This document shows positions 30,550-40,294 of a DNA stretch of 64,000 bases, piece after piece. Source of the DNA: a virus. Lineage: Duplodnaviria; Caudoviricetes. The DNA is taken from the IMG/VR virus record IMGVR_UViG_3300028048_000072, positions 68,723 through 132,722 of that record; one strand, given 5' to 3'. The position numbers were made by a program, and so were the translations under genes. The notes beneath the pieces were generated by a model. The model searched no databases, had not been told where the DNA came from, and saw only the letters and a list, made by a program, of their open reading frames with translations. Within the stretch, counting starts at the first letter, position 1, and each line of letters begins with the position of its first letter.

Positions 30550-31212
30550 ATGAACACTAGAACTTTTAAAATCCATGAATCAAATGTATGCGTGGCATCA
30601 GATAACATTCAGTCTTTGAATAGAAAATTCGCAAAACACAATATTCCTTTAATATCTTATACTATGTCATCAGAAAAAGATGATTTTGATTGTTATGAAA
30701 TTACTGTAACATATGAAGATGTACCTACAATTAGTGGTGTAGATTACAAATATCTCGGTCTTATTTCTGATGAAGATGGTTCAAAATTCTACAATGGTTT
30801 TGATGATGAAACATTTAAAATCATTAAGGGAATGAATTGTACATGTGAAATGTGTAAAAAGCAGATAAATCGAAATTCATTCTTTGTATTCAAAAATCTT
30901 GCCAATAATGAAATTAAAATGTTTGGTTCATCTTGTGCTAAAAAAGCATTTCCTTTTGATATTGGTATGTATCTTAATGGATTGGATATGTTTTTTGAAA
31001 ACATGAATGAAATTACAGAAGATACAGACATTTCGGGAAATGGTGGATGCTTTGGTGGAAAGATGTACTTTGACCTTAATAGAGTGATTGATTCACTTAG
31101 AACTGTAACAAATGATTTTACATGTTGGATTAGTCAAGAAAGGGCAGAAGCAGAATATCCTAGAACAATGTCTACTAAAGAACAAGTTTTGGATATGCTT
31201 TGTAAAAAATAA
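30550..31212 (+). CDS. hypothetical protein with CxxC...GSSC (probable N-terminal half of a split gene)
   Basis: CEMCKKQINR, GSSC; own promoter. Confidence 0.65.
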   Translation: MNTRTFKIHESNVCVASDNIQSLNRKFAKHNIPLISYTMSSEKDDFDCYEITVTYEDVPTISGVDYKYLGLISDEDGSKFYNGFDDETFKIIKGMNCTCEMCKKQINRNSFFVFKNLANNEIKMFGSSCAKKAFPFDIGMYLNGLDMFFENMNEITEDTDISGNGGCFGGKMYFDLNRVIDSLRTVTNDFTCWISQERAEAEYPRTMSTKEQVLDMLCKK

Positions 31213-31331
31213 TTAATCTGAATAAAGTGGGAAAAATCATAAATTCCCACTTCTTTTCCCATTTTTCACTTGATTATTCTTATTCAATATAATATAATGT
31301 AAGTATCTTAGATGAAGTGAGGTAATGACCT

Positions 31332-32045
31332 ATGACAAACGAACAGATTAAAACCCTTTTGGTAGACTTTTACAAGAATATGGATGATGATGCTTGTACT
31401 CTATTTGATTTCAACATGAAACATGCAATCTTGGACAATAAGGGAAATCTTAAATCTTACATTTCAGAAAAGACACTTGGTATTGCTCTTTATTCTGTAT
31501 TTAATGCAATCAATAAAACACGTAAAGAAGAAGAAAAAAGACTTAGGGCAGAAAAACTTAATGCACTTCATGAAAAAGATGAATTCTTTGGTGAGGTAGG
31601 ATACAAATTCAAAGGTCATCCACTTCATGTTACACTTACTAGAACAGCATCTTATGAAACAGATTTTGGTACAACTTTTATTTGGAATATGGTAAATGAT
31701 GAAGGTAATATTATTGTATGGAAATCATCATGTTCACCATACGGAAATGTAAATCTTGAATTGTGTCGTAAAGGTGAAGAACTTAGAGAATATTGCAGAA
31801 GCAACTTTAAGTGTTCTATCAATGAAATGCGTGAATCTCATATGGATGATGAACATTTTGCTACTACAATTAAATATCTTGACCACTTAAAAGAAATCAT
31901 GGATGCAATTGAAAATAACATTCCTGTTTCATTTGATATTATCGGTGGTTCTATTAAGGAACATAAAGTTTATACCGATAGAAATGGTGTAAACTATAAG
32001 CAGACAATGGTAACTAGATGTAAGATTGATAATTTTACACTTTAG
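31332..32045 (+). CDS. hypothetical protein with OB-fold-like C-terminus (probable C-terminal half)
   Basis: DEGNIIVWKSS...IKEH...KQTMVTRCK; own promoter. Confidence 0.65.
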   Translation: MTNEQIKTLLVDFYKNMDDDACTLFDFNMKHAILDNKGNLKSYISEKTLGIALYSVFNAINKTRKEEEKRLRAEKLNALHEKDEFFGEVGYKFKGHPLHVTLTRTASYETDFGTTFIWNMVNDEGNIIVWKSSCSPYGNVNLELCRKGEELREYCRSNFKCSINEMRESHMDDEHFATTIKYLDHLKEIMDAIENNIPVSFDIIGGSIKEHKVYTDRNGVNYKQTMVTRCKIDNFTL

Positions 32046-32178
32046 TTAATATATAAGGGAGTAACTATATTTAGTGTAACCTCCCTTAGATATTTTTTTT
32101 GGTAACTGAATGTATTTATTTTAGTCTATTTTCATTTTATACATTCAGTTACCTTCTTTATTAAAAGGAAAAGAAATT

Positions 32179-32466
32179 ATGATTGAAGAAATTAAACCTA
32201 TTAATCCAATTATGGAATCGCATTTCAATAAAAATCTTGATAAATTCTTTATGATTAAAAATTATCAGAAATATTCTGAATCATCTGATAATACTAAAAT
32301 ATTTGAAGATTATTTGAATGAATATAAAAAATCTAAAGAAAAGAAAACAATTAAAAAAAATTCTAAAGAAAAAGAATTGCCAAAGATATTACCTTATTTC
32401 ATTGATAATATGGGTGCAGATATTCCTTATTGTGATATAAATAGGGTAAAAATGGCATATAATTAA
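32179..32466 (+). CDS. hypothetical protein
   Basis: ORF with AAGGA RBS. Confidence 0.5.
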   Translation: MIEEIKPINPIMESHFNKNLDKFFMIKNYQKYSESSDNTKIFEDYLNEYKKSKEKKTIKKNSKEKELPKILPYFIDNMGADIPYCDINRVKMAYN

Positions 32467-32551
32467 ATATTGTTTTTTTTTTGATTTAATATTACTATAT
32501 TAAATGTAATCTAATTTATAAAATATTTAGATATATAGGAGAATAAATATT

Positions 32552-33241
32552 ATGAAGAAATTTAATGAAAAGAAAATTGATTTTGAGGATAGAAAGAAAG
32601 CACTTGCACAATTCTTGAATCTTTCAGAAGAAGAAATGGAAGATATTGGAGAAGGTAGTGGTTCATATACTTCTTCAATGCTTGAATATGACGGTAATGA
32701 ATATCTTGTTCTTACAGAAGATGAATCTTATGATGAATTTAAAGAATGGGAAATGTCATTGATTGATGATTTAGGGTTAGAATCTTTCAGTGAAAACTTT
32801 CAGGAACATATTCTTGAAAACTGTATCAATGAATCATTTTTTGAAACTGTAGCAGATGAAGAAAGTGATTATTATATTGGTGAAATGGATGATGAAGAAC
32901 TTCTCGATTATGCACATAATCATAATATTGCAGAAGATGTAGAAGATACAGATAGTGAAGATTTTGACCGTTCAGACATTGAAGAAGAATGTAAAGATGC
33001 TTATAGAGAAGAAATTATTGATATGGGTATTTCTGAATACTTTGAATCTATCTATGGTCGTGGTTGGGTAAAAGAAATGAAGGATACTCTTGAAAAAGAA
33101 ATTGATTGGGATAAAGTAATTGAAGATTTATATGATTGGGATTCTCGTAATACTTTGTGGGGTTCTATGGCATCTTATGATGGTAAAGTAAATGAAGAAA
33201 AAGTTGATGGTGAATGGTTTTATATTTATTGGGTAAACTAA
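32552..33241 (+). CDS. extremely acidic protein (DNA-mimic or internal head protein candidate)
   Basis: about one third Asp/Glu; starts MKKFNE; TTACTAT at 32492. Confidence 0.7.
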   Translation: MKKFNEKKIDFEDRKKALAQFLNLSEEEMEDIGEGSGSYTSSMLEYDGNEYLVLTEDESYDEFKEWEMSLIDDLGLESFSENFQEHILENCINESFFETVADEESDYYIGEMDDEELLDYAHNHNIAEDVEDTDSEDFDRSDIEEECKDAYREEIIDMGISEYFESIYGRGWVKEMKDTLEKEIDWDKVIEDLYDWDSRNTLWGSMASYDGKVNEEKVDGEWFYIYWVN

Positions 33242-33323
33242 TTTATCAATAATATTATATCCTAGAGATTTATTTTTATTCTCTAGGATATATTTTTTTT
33301 TATTTATAAGAGGAATTTGTATT

Positions 33324-33668
33324 ATGTCTAATGAATTTAAATATATATCAATGTCTGATTTATTTAATCTTCCAAAACCTACTAGTGAAGAAATGAGATG
33401 GTCACCAAAATCAAATCCTTCCATTGTAGTATTATGTAAAGATGAAGAAGATGCTAACAGAATGTGTACACTTTATAATGATAAAGGAAATAATCAGTTT
33501 GTTTATGTTGTAAATAAATTTCAATTGTTAGGTCAAAATCCTATTGCCATTTTTATATCAAAGAATTTTAATAATGATGAATTGTTAAATCTTACTGTCA
33601 AAAGAGTTATTTCAAGATGTGGTGGTCATGCAGATTTTAAACAAGTATTTGTTGATGAAGAAGAATAA
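33324..33668 (+). CDS. hypothetical protein
   Basis: ORF with GAGG RBS. Confidence 0.55.
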   Translation: MSNEFKYISMSDLFNLPKPTSEEMRWSPKSNPSIVVLCKDEEDANRMCTLYNDKGNNQFVYVVNKFQLLGQNPIAIFISKNFNNDELLNLTVKRVISRCGGHADFKQVFVDEEE

Positions 33669-33696
33669 ATTCTATAAATAAACTTTATTAGAATAG

Positions 33697-33731
33697 AAAA
33701 GACCTAGATAAAAATAAATCTAGGTCTTTTT
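33697..33731. terminator. bidirectional terminator at the main strand-convergence point
   Basis: AAAAGACCTAGAT...ATCTAGGTCTTTT. Confidence 0.8.
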
Positions 33732-33745
33732 ATTTTATTCTTTAA

Positions 33746-33937
33746 TTACTTTTCATCTACAATTAAATTTCTATTTTTAGCCAATTTAATCAGATTTTCT
33801 TCATTTGGATATTTTTCCAAATAATACATAATTTCTTCATCAGTCATTGTGTTATCCCATGCGTTTAATCCTTCTTTTACGCAAAAGATTGTAAGGATAA
33901 TTACCAATACTGAAAGTAAGATAGATTTGATTTTCAT
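33746..33937 (-). CDS. small membrane or secreted protein
   Basis: N-terminal hydrophobic helix; AAGGGG RBS. Confidence 0.55.
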   Translation of the reverse strand: MKIKSILLSVLVIILTIFCVKEGLNAWDNTMTDEEIMYYLEKYPNEENLIKLAKNRNLIVDEK

Positions 33938-34069
33938 AAGATTTTCCCCTTTATGAATAAAAATATTGTAAGGTTTTTATTTATTCACCCTACATTTATA
34001 TTATCGTATTTTTATAATTTTAGTTAAGGGAAATTTGGGGAAAATAAGAGAAAATTTCCCTAATTTTCA

Positions 34070-34810
34070 TTAAATTTTAATTATTCCCTTTTTAATAAGA
34101 AAACTGATAACACATAAAATATGTTTTGAAAAAAATGGAAATATTATCCCTTTAGGTGTATTTAAAGCACCACTCAATTGACCATACAGACAATTAAATT
34201 TTTTTTGTAATTTATAATTTCTTGCCCAATCATCCATATACACATGATGAACTCTTGCGTTATAGTCACCAACATTAAGATAAGGGGCAGATTTTTTAAT
34301 TTTTTCAATTTCTTTATCTACAGCATCCTTTACTTCTTTTTTAGTCTTAAATTTTCTTTCAAATCTTTTGTTTAATCTTTCCCTAGTTTCACTATAAATT
34401 GTCTTTACAAATTTTTGACTAGGTTTTGTAGGTTTTTGATAACTTCCTATTCTCCATATAATTTTGCTATCCCAATAAGAATAACTACCATCAGATTTAG
34501 GTTGTAAAATAATTGTTATAGGATATTCATGTTTTATCTTCATCTGTTTTTTATATCTTTTATCTTTCAATTTTGTATATGGATAATATTGCGGGGCAGA
34601 TACACTTGTTATAGTGATTACTTCTCTAGGTGCAGATTTACTTTCTTTTTCCAATGCTTTTACACTGAATACTTTTCTATTCTGTATTTTAATCCTAGAA
34701 GGTAATACATCCCTATCCGCATATTCAAATCTAGTTTTGGTGAGTTTATTTCTATATGTATACTGATATACTTGTGATATTGTAGGTGTATTACTCTTAA
34801 ATCTTACCAT
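34070..34810 (-). CDS. basic hypothetical protein
   Basis: 246 aa Lys/Arg-rich ORF. Confidence 0.65.
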   Translation of the reverse strand: MVRFKSNTPTISQVYQYTYRNKLTKTRFEYADRDVLPSRIKIQNRKVFSVKALEKESKSAPREVITITSVSAPQYYPYTKLKDKRYKKQMKIKHEYPITIILQPKSDGSYSYWDSKIIWRIGSYQKPTKPSQKFVKTIYSETRERLNKRFERKFKTKKEVKDAVDKEIEKIKKSAPYLNVGDYNARVHHVYMDDWARNYKLQKKFNCLYGQLSGALNTPKGIIFPFFSKHILCVISFLIKKGIIKI

Positions 34811-34819
34811 AATATTTAT

Positions 34820-35440
34820 TTAATTATCTCCTTTTACTTTTATAAACTTTTTATGTCGTATTCTTTTTTCTATAAAAGAAACAGAATATTCTTCTTTAAT
34901 TCCTTTATTTTTACAATGTTTATTATTACTCCAACTGTCATAACCTATAAAGCATTTTTTAGAATCATCATAAGCAACAATACAGATATAATGACCACTT
35001 TCATAATCTGTATCATAAGATAGTACGATTGCACATTTATTTTTTAATACATCAATCATTTTTTTACAACAATCTTTATTTGTTCTGCTTGTAATTATTT
35101 CTGCAGTACAATCAGAAATTGCATTTATCCCTTTTACTAAATTTTCCATTACTTCATTTTCACAAACACCGTCTTTTTTATACATATCTGAATTATAGAT
35201 ATAATCAAATAAAAGGTCTGCATAAGTTATAATAGGTTTAGATGCTAAATATGGAAGTTTTACCCTAAATCCACCATTTACACTTTCTATAGCACAACAA
35301 CATGAATTTACATTACAAGTTTCTAGCCAAAAATTAACTTGTTTACTTTCTTTTAAATCTGCTAAAAACTTTTCAATTACTCTTTTTGTTTGGTCATATC
35401 TTATAGATGAATCATCCCATTTTACAGTACCATAAATCAT
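34820..35440 (-). CDS. C39-like cysteine peptidase (possible endolysin)
   Basis: TCNVNS, GHYICIVAYD, YDSW as a Cys-His-Asp triad pattern. Confidence 0.65.
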   Translation of the reverse strand: MIYGTVKWDDSSIRYDQTKRVIEKFLADLKESKQVNFWLETCNVNSCCCAIESVNGGFRVKLPYLASKPIITYADLLFDYIYNSDMYKKDGVCENEVMENLVKGINAISDCTAEIITSRTNKDCCKKMIDVLKNKCAIVLSYDTDYESGHYICIVAYDDSKKCFIGYDSWSNNKHCKNKGIKEEYSVSFIEKRIRHKKFIKVKGDN

Positions 35441-35465
35441 AAAAAAATACTCTCCTTTTTTAATT

Positions 35466-36029
35466 TCACCATACTTTGAATATGAATTTACCACCTTGAT
35501 AAACACATTCTAATCCAACAAATAAACCTAAAGATGTATAAAGATTAATCTTACCAACTAATTCATCACCTTTAGCAATATTATATATACCGTTACATGC
35601 AATAGGAATGGTACATAAAGGAATTGTAATATTTACAAATATAGATGTATTTCTCAATCTTCTTTTTACTGATGCTATATATTCCTTATAATTTTCTAAT
35701 TCTTCAAACATATTACCTAATTCATACAAAATTACACTTTCATCTTCTTTATTAGAAGAAAGGGCAGATTTTAATGAAATGATATTTTCTTCCAATTTAT
35801 TTATTTTAATTTCTGATTGTTCACACAATTTCATTAAATTGGCTTTTTCTAATGTAAGATTATTATTTTCATTTTTTAATGTTTCTGCAGAAAGAGAAAT
35901 TGATATAAAATCATTTTTAATATCTTCCAATAATTTATTCTGTTCATTTAAAGTAGAATCTATATAAGCATTAGAAAATAAAAGATTAGGAAATAATGCA
36001 ATAAAAAATACAATAATTAATTTTTTCAT
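35466..36029 (-). CDS. secreted coiled-coil protein with C-terminal TM segments (spanin-like candidate)
   Basis: signal peptide, coiled coil, hydrophobic C-terminus. Confidence 0.5.
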   Translation of the reverse strand: MKKLIIVFFIALFPNLLFSNAYIDSTLNEQNKLLEDIKNDFISISLSAETLKNENNNLTLEKANLMKLCEQSEIKINKLEENIISLKSALSSNKEDESVILYELGNMFEELENYKEYIASVKRRLRNTSIFVNITIPLCTIPIACNGIYNIAKGDELVGKINLYTSLGLFVGLECVYQGGKFIFKVW

Positions 36030-36050
36030 AAAATTACCTCCACCATTAAT

Positions 36051-36461
36051 TTATTCAGTAATATTCTTTATTTCTTCAATGTATTTATTAATTATAACTT
36101 GATTTTCTTGAATCTTTATAATTTTATCTAAACCACTTAAAGAAGTTTCAGATATTGATTCAATTTGAATGTCGATTTTAGATGAAATATCTTCAATTCT
36201 GTTTAATTTATTTTTCATGACTTCATTTTCTTTACTTAAAGCGTTTACTGTAATTTGAGAATTGTACAATATTTCTTCTATTTCAAAATTTCTCTTTTCA
36301 ATTTCCTTTAATTTATCTTGTGCATTTTTTAATGACTGTTCTATTTTAATAGAAGATGATTCCATAGATTTTATTCTCAAGCATCTTCCTAATAAAAATG
36401 CACCTAACACAGATAAAATAAAAATAATTACATGTACTGTTAAAAATTTAATATTATTCAT
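36051..36461 (-). CDS. N-terminal TM + coiled-coil protein (i-spanin-like candidate)
   Basis: TM helix then heptad repeats; CAACTAT 10 nt upstream of ATG. Confidence 0.5.
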   Translation of the reverse strand: MNNIKFLTVHVIIFILSVLGAFLLGRCLRIKSMESSSIKIEQSLKNAQDKLKEIEKRNFEIEEILYNSQITVNALSKENEVMKNKLNRIEDISSKIDIQIESISETSLSGLDKIIKIQENQVIINKYIEEIKNITE

Positions 36462-36549
36462 AGTATTCTAAATAGTTGTAAATTATATTATTTTTATAAA
36501 AAATTCAGACTTCATTATTATAAATGAAGTCTGAATAATAAAAAGAAGT

Positions 36550-36900
36550 TTATTTCTTCACTTTTGTGAAATTTGAAATTGTTTCTACCCAATTATCATT
36601 AAGTTTAAAAGTGTAAGCCTTTTTCTTTTCAATTTTATTAAAACTAATTACACCGTTTTCATAAAGTTGAATAATTCCTAATCTTCTAAACTGTCCTAAA
36701 TTGGTAGAACTCTTTCCCTTATCAGACTGATAATATCTTACAACTTTTCTACCACAAGATTCCATTAATTCAGTCTGTGAACCAATAAACAAATGGTCAT
36801 CATTGTTATTGCGTAAAAAATCTATAATATCTTTAGATTCCTTATTCAACATAGCATAACCTTTTGCAAATTTTATCAAATCATTTTCATTCTCAATCAT
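36550..36900 (-). CDS. hypothetical protein
   Basis: GGAGG RBS; TTGACA-like promoter. Confidence 0.55.
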   Translation of the reverse strand: MIENENDLIKFAKGYAMLNKESKDIIDFLRNNNDDHLFIGSQTELMESCGRKVVRYYQSDKGKSSTNLGQFRRLGIIQLYENGVISFNKIEKKKAYTFKLNDNWVETISNFTKVKK

Positions 36901-37184
36901 AACATTAATTCCTCCAAAAAATTAATTAGATATATACATAATAACATATTGTATAGAAATTATCAATGTAAAAAATAGTAAAAATTAATAATTTTGATTG
37001 AATAAAAATACTGATTACATTATAATCCTTTACACTATGAAAAAAGATTTAATAACTGAAACATGCGACATTATGTTAGAAATGGAAAAACATAATAATA
37101 GCATAACACAAATCGCAACTTATAAAAGAAAATCTGAAATTAATAAGAAATCTGAAATTAATACTAATAAGGAGAATAAAAATA

Positions 37185-37955
37185 ATGAAAAGCGGAAAGT
37201 ATGCAAAAAACAGAAAAAATCATGATGTAATAGAATACAATGGTAAAAGATACAATTATGACCAACTTTATAATCTCATTAAAGATACAGAATTTAAGAC
37301 TGTAGGTGATGATGTAGATTATAAAGTAACTAGAGGAATTTCTTTAGATACAAATAAACCATGTGTATTTATTCTATTTGAAGAAACAACTACCAAAACA
37401 GATTGGAAAAACAATTTTCTTTTCTTCCCAAAATCTAGTAAAGCATATAAAGGGTGGAAACATAAACTTGTATTCAACTTAGGTTTCTTTAGTGCATATC
37501 AGTCTGCAAGAGATGAATTTCTAAACGATGTAATTAATGAAATATATTCCCTTCCTACAGATGATTTTGATATTATAGTATGTGGATTCAGTTACGGGGC
37601 AACAATTACACAAATCGCTTGTGAAGATATTTATGAACACTTTAATATAAAACCAATTTTTATCGGTTATGAAGGTGCTAATCCATGCAGTAATCATAGA
37701 ACTAAAAAATATGTAGAAAGCATCCTGAATAAAGATTACAGTATCATGTTTGTAAATCAGAATGATATTGTTCCTAGATGCCCTCCATTTCCATTTGGAA
37801 GAAGAATAGAAAGTATTACATATTATATGAAACATAAATTAAAATATCCGTTCTTTTTCCCTTTAATAAGAAGTTTAATTGACAGTATTAAAAATACTGA
37901 AAAATATCATACTAAAGTTGATGAAGCAATTAAGGAATATATGGAAGTAGAATGA
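37185..37955 (+). CDS. lipase class 3 (alpha/beta hydrolase)
   Basis: DW..N, GF..AY, GFSYG nucleophile elbow, DIVPRCP, C-terminal His. Confidence 0.8.
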   Translation: MKSGKYAKNRKNHDVIEYNGKRYNYDQLYNLIKDTEFKTVGDDVDYKVTRGISLDTNKPCVFILFEETTTKTDWKNNFLFFPKSSKAYKGWKHKLVFNLGFFSAYQSARDEFLNDVINEIYSLPTDDFDIIVCGFSYGATITQIACEDIYEHFNIKPIFIGYEGANPCSNHRTKKYVESILNKDYSIMFVNQNDIVPRCPPFPFGRRIESITYYMKHKLKYPFFFPLIRSLIDSIKNTEKYHTKVDEAIKEYMEVE

Positions 37956-37956
37956 T

Positions 37957-38090
37957 AAAAAAAAAGAACCCGTACCTTTAATTAGGTACGGGGTAAGGTA
38001 ATTTAAGGAATGTATTGAAAAGGAAATAAGTGGAGGATTTTAATGTTCCTAAAACATTCCTTTTTTATTTTGGCAACTTTTTACTCTTAC
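37957..38090 (-). ncRNA. putative small RNA with anti-SD/anti-AUG loop and terminator
   Basis: TAACTAT at 38098-38104 (-); stem 38005-38013/38054-38062; loop CAUUAAAAUCCUCCACUUAU; terminator 37969-37992 + U-tract. Confidence 0.45.
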
Positions 38091-38101
38091 AAATAAAATA
38101 G

Positions 38102-39064
38102 TTAATCTACATAAACAATGTGGATAACATCTCTACTTACATTAATTGTTTCTACTTCCATAGTAAGTCTATTTTTGTATGATGAATTAATGTTGATATA
38201 TGTATGTTTATAACCATTAACATAATTATTTGTTACATTAAGTACACCATATGTAGAAAAATGACCACCTAATGAAGAACCAATTGGATTTAATTTATAG
38301 AAAGCCAATGTATCTTTATATTCTTCATAATATGTTTCATTTTCCAAACGTACAATAGCAACTTCATTAATTACGCTACCATATATTTTATTCTTTGCTA
38401 CAGTAATATGTGGATACAAAGTTACGTTACTTGTAATTGGCAATGTAGGGTCATATTCTGTTCCATCTTCATTTACAAGGTAATCATAACAAATATATGT
38501 ATCTTTATTATAATTACCAACATTAAGATTTACCCTCTTATTCTGTTCTGTAAAATAATTTTCAATATTGATTACTGTACCTTCTTCTACAGTTTTAGTC
38601 AGAACATCATAAGTATTATAGAAATCACGAACTGTAATTGTATAAGTAGGTGTTACATATTCATCAACGTGGAAATATACTCTAAGTTTTACAATACGAT
38701 TATCATCGCCAACATAAGAACCTTTGTATTCTTCTACACTATCATAAACATAAGTATAACGAACACCATTTTTTTCAACTACATCATTTTCAGGTTTTCT
38801 TAATTTAGAATTAACAAAATTATCAAATACTGAATTATTTGTATCAGATACTTCAACATCTGCAAATTCATCTTCAAGAATTGTTACGTTTTTACCGTTT
38901 TCAACTCTATAATACTGAATTGTAAGATTTACAAAACGTGTAGTATTGATAGGGTTAGGTGTAGGTGTAACATCTCCACTATCAACATCTGTTTCACAAG
39001 ATGTAGTGAAAGCCAACATAAATAAACCGAACAACATTGAAATAAAAACAAGTGCCTTTTTCAT
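38102..39064 (-). CDS. lipoprotein with repeat beta-domains
   Basis: MKK-hydrophobic-FTTSC lipobox, Pro/Thr linker, PITSNVTLY (InlB B-repeat-like). Confidence 0.7.
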   Translation of the reverse strand: MKKALVFISMLFGLFMLAFTTSCETDVDSGDVTPTPNPINTTRFVNLTIQYYRVENGKNVTILEDEFADVEVSDTNNSVFDNFVNSKLRKPENDVVEKNGVRYTYVYDSVEEYKGSYVGDDNRIVKLRVYFHVDEYVTPTYTITVRDFYNTYDVLTKTVEEGTVINIENYFTEQNKRVNLNVGNYNKDTYICYDYLVNEDGTEYDPTLPITSNVTLYPHITVAKNKIYGSVINEVAIVRLENETYYEEYKDTLAFYKLNPIGSSLGGHFSTYGVLNVTNNYVNGYKHTYININSSYKNRLTMEVETINVSRDVIHIVYVD

Positions 39065-39191
39065 AGTATTTGTCCTCTCTTTTAATTAGTAAGTTTTTAA
39101 AGAAACATCTCATTTCTTTATGTATAAATATTAACATAATGTATATTATTTGTCAAGGGAAATTATAGTGTTTTTTGTATAGTAAATCTGC

Positions 39192-39416
39192 TTAAATTAA
39201 TAAATATTTATTATTTTTATATACCAAAGTTATTGACTTTTCTTTAAGAAATTCATCTATATCTTTTCTGTACTTCACATAATAATCTTCCAACTTAATA
39301 TATCCGTTATTTAATTTATTACTGAATATAAACCAATCTTTAGGTAGACTTCTTACTCCATTTCTATAACACATATTCAATATATTCAACTTTTCATACA
39401 ATTTGCTTTTACTCAT
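39192..39416 (-). CDS. hypothetical protein
   Basis: 74 aa ORF. Confidence 0.45.
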   Translation of the reverse strand: MSKSKLYEKLNILNMCYRNGVRSLPKDWFIFSNKLNNGYIKLEDYYVKYRKDIDEFLKEKSITLVYKNNKYLLI

Positions 39417-39527
39417 AATATTTATACTATACCGATTTATATTAATATGGTAAAGAATAACAAAAAAAAGAAGTGGTAGATTTTCTTCATACCACTTCTT
39501 CTTTTTTAAGAATCTATATTATCTATG

Positions 39528-40016
39528 TTATTCAACACAAATATCAAATTCCTTTGGTTTTGCCTTATCAGAATAAGGAATGATTACTTTCAACAAACCA
39601 TCTTTCAATGTGCTTTTTAATTTAGAAACATCATATTTTGAAAGTGGAACATAATAAGAAGTTGAGAAGTTTTTACACTTAATTCCTTTCTGTGCATAAA
39701 CCTTTTTCTTCTTACCATCCTTTTCTTCTACATCTGCTCTATTAGATTTTAATGTAATGTAATCATCTTTATATGACAAAGAAATTTCATTTTTTGAATA
39801 TCCTGCAAGGGCAAATTCATAAACCAAATTATCTTCTTCATCTTGATAGATATTACATGGTGGGAATTGAGCAGATGCATAATCAGAACCAACGAATGAT
39901 TTTGTGTTATCATCTGTAAAAAGATTTAGAAATTCATTATCAAATGAATTCATCCAATTGCAAAAATCCTCTACACTGTCAGACGGATTTTTAAAAGTTG
40001 TTTTTGTATAAAACAT
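39528..40016 (-). CDS. Hsp20/alpha-crystallin small heat-shock protein
   Basis: FPPCNI, EFALAGY, KDGLLKVIIP. Confidence 0.9.
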   Translation of the reverse strand: MFYTKTTFKNPSDSVEDFCNWMNSFDNEFLNLFTDDNTKSFVGSDYASAQFPPCNIYQDEEDNLVYEFALAGYSKNEISLSYKDDYITLKSNRADVEEKDGKKKKVYAQKGIKCKNFSTSYYVPLSKYDVSKLKSTLKDGLLKVIIPYSDKAKPKEFDICVE

Positions 40017-40166
40017 ATCTATAACTCCTTAAAGATTTAATGATGAATTCTAATAATCTAGCAATTCACCATTTTATCTTTATTATACCCTTATATCATT
40101 ATGTTTATATTTATCTACTTTCTTTATTTAACATAGTTAAAATAGAATATTGACTGATATAAACCA

Positions 40167-40268
40167 TGTGTACGCAAAAGTAGACAATTGTGCATTTTTG
40201 TATACAGTGTATACTTTTTAATACAAGTGTATACTTTTGTAGACACCTATGTATACTTTTGTATACTA
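40167..40268. repeat. array of about five degenerate ~20-22 bp repeats (TGTATACTTTTGTATAC consensus)
   Basis: GTATAC at 40200, 40209, 40229, 40251, 40261; GTAGAC at 40180, 40239. Confidence 0.75.
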
Positions 40269-40294
40269 TATTTTCTTATTGTGTTTTCTTCTTC

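Larger units (their letters stand above)
29992..31297 (+). promoter_or_regulatory. repeated sigma70-type early promoters beginning TTTTTCACTTGA
   Basis: copies near 29993, 30481 and 31262; related sequences near 18709 and 27852, each with a TAnnnT -10 about 17 bp downstream. Confidence 0.65.

Noticed and set aside
40030-40075. CIRCE operator upstream of hsp20
   Set aside because: Only one degenerate half-site (TAGCAATTC) is present, with no N9-spaced partner. An imperfect leader hairpin exists but does not clearly cover the RBS.
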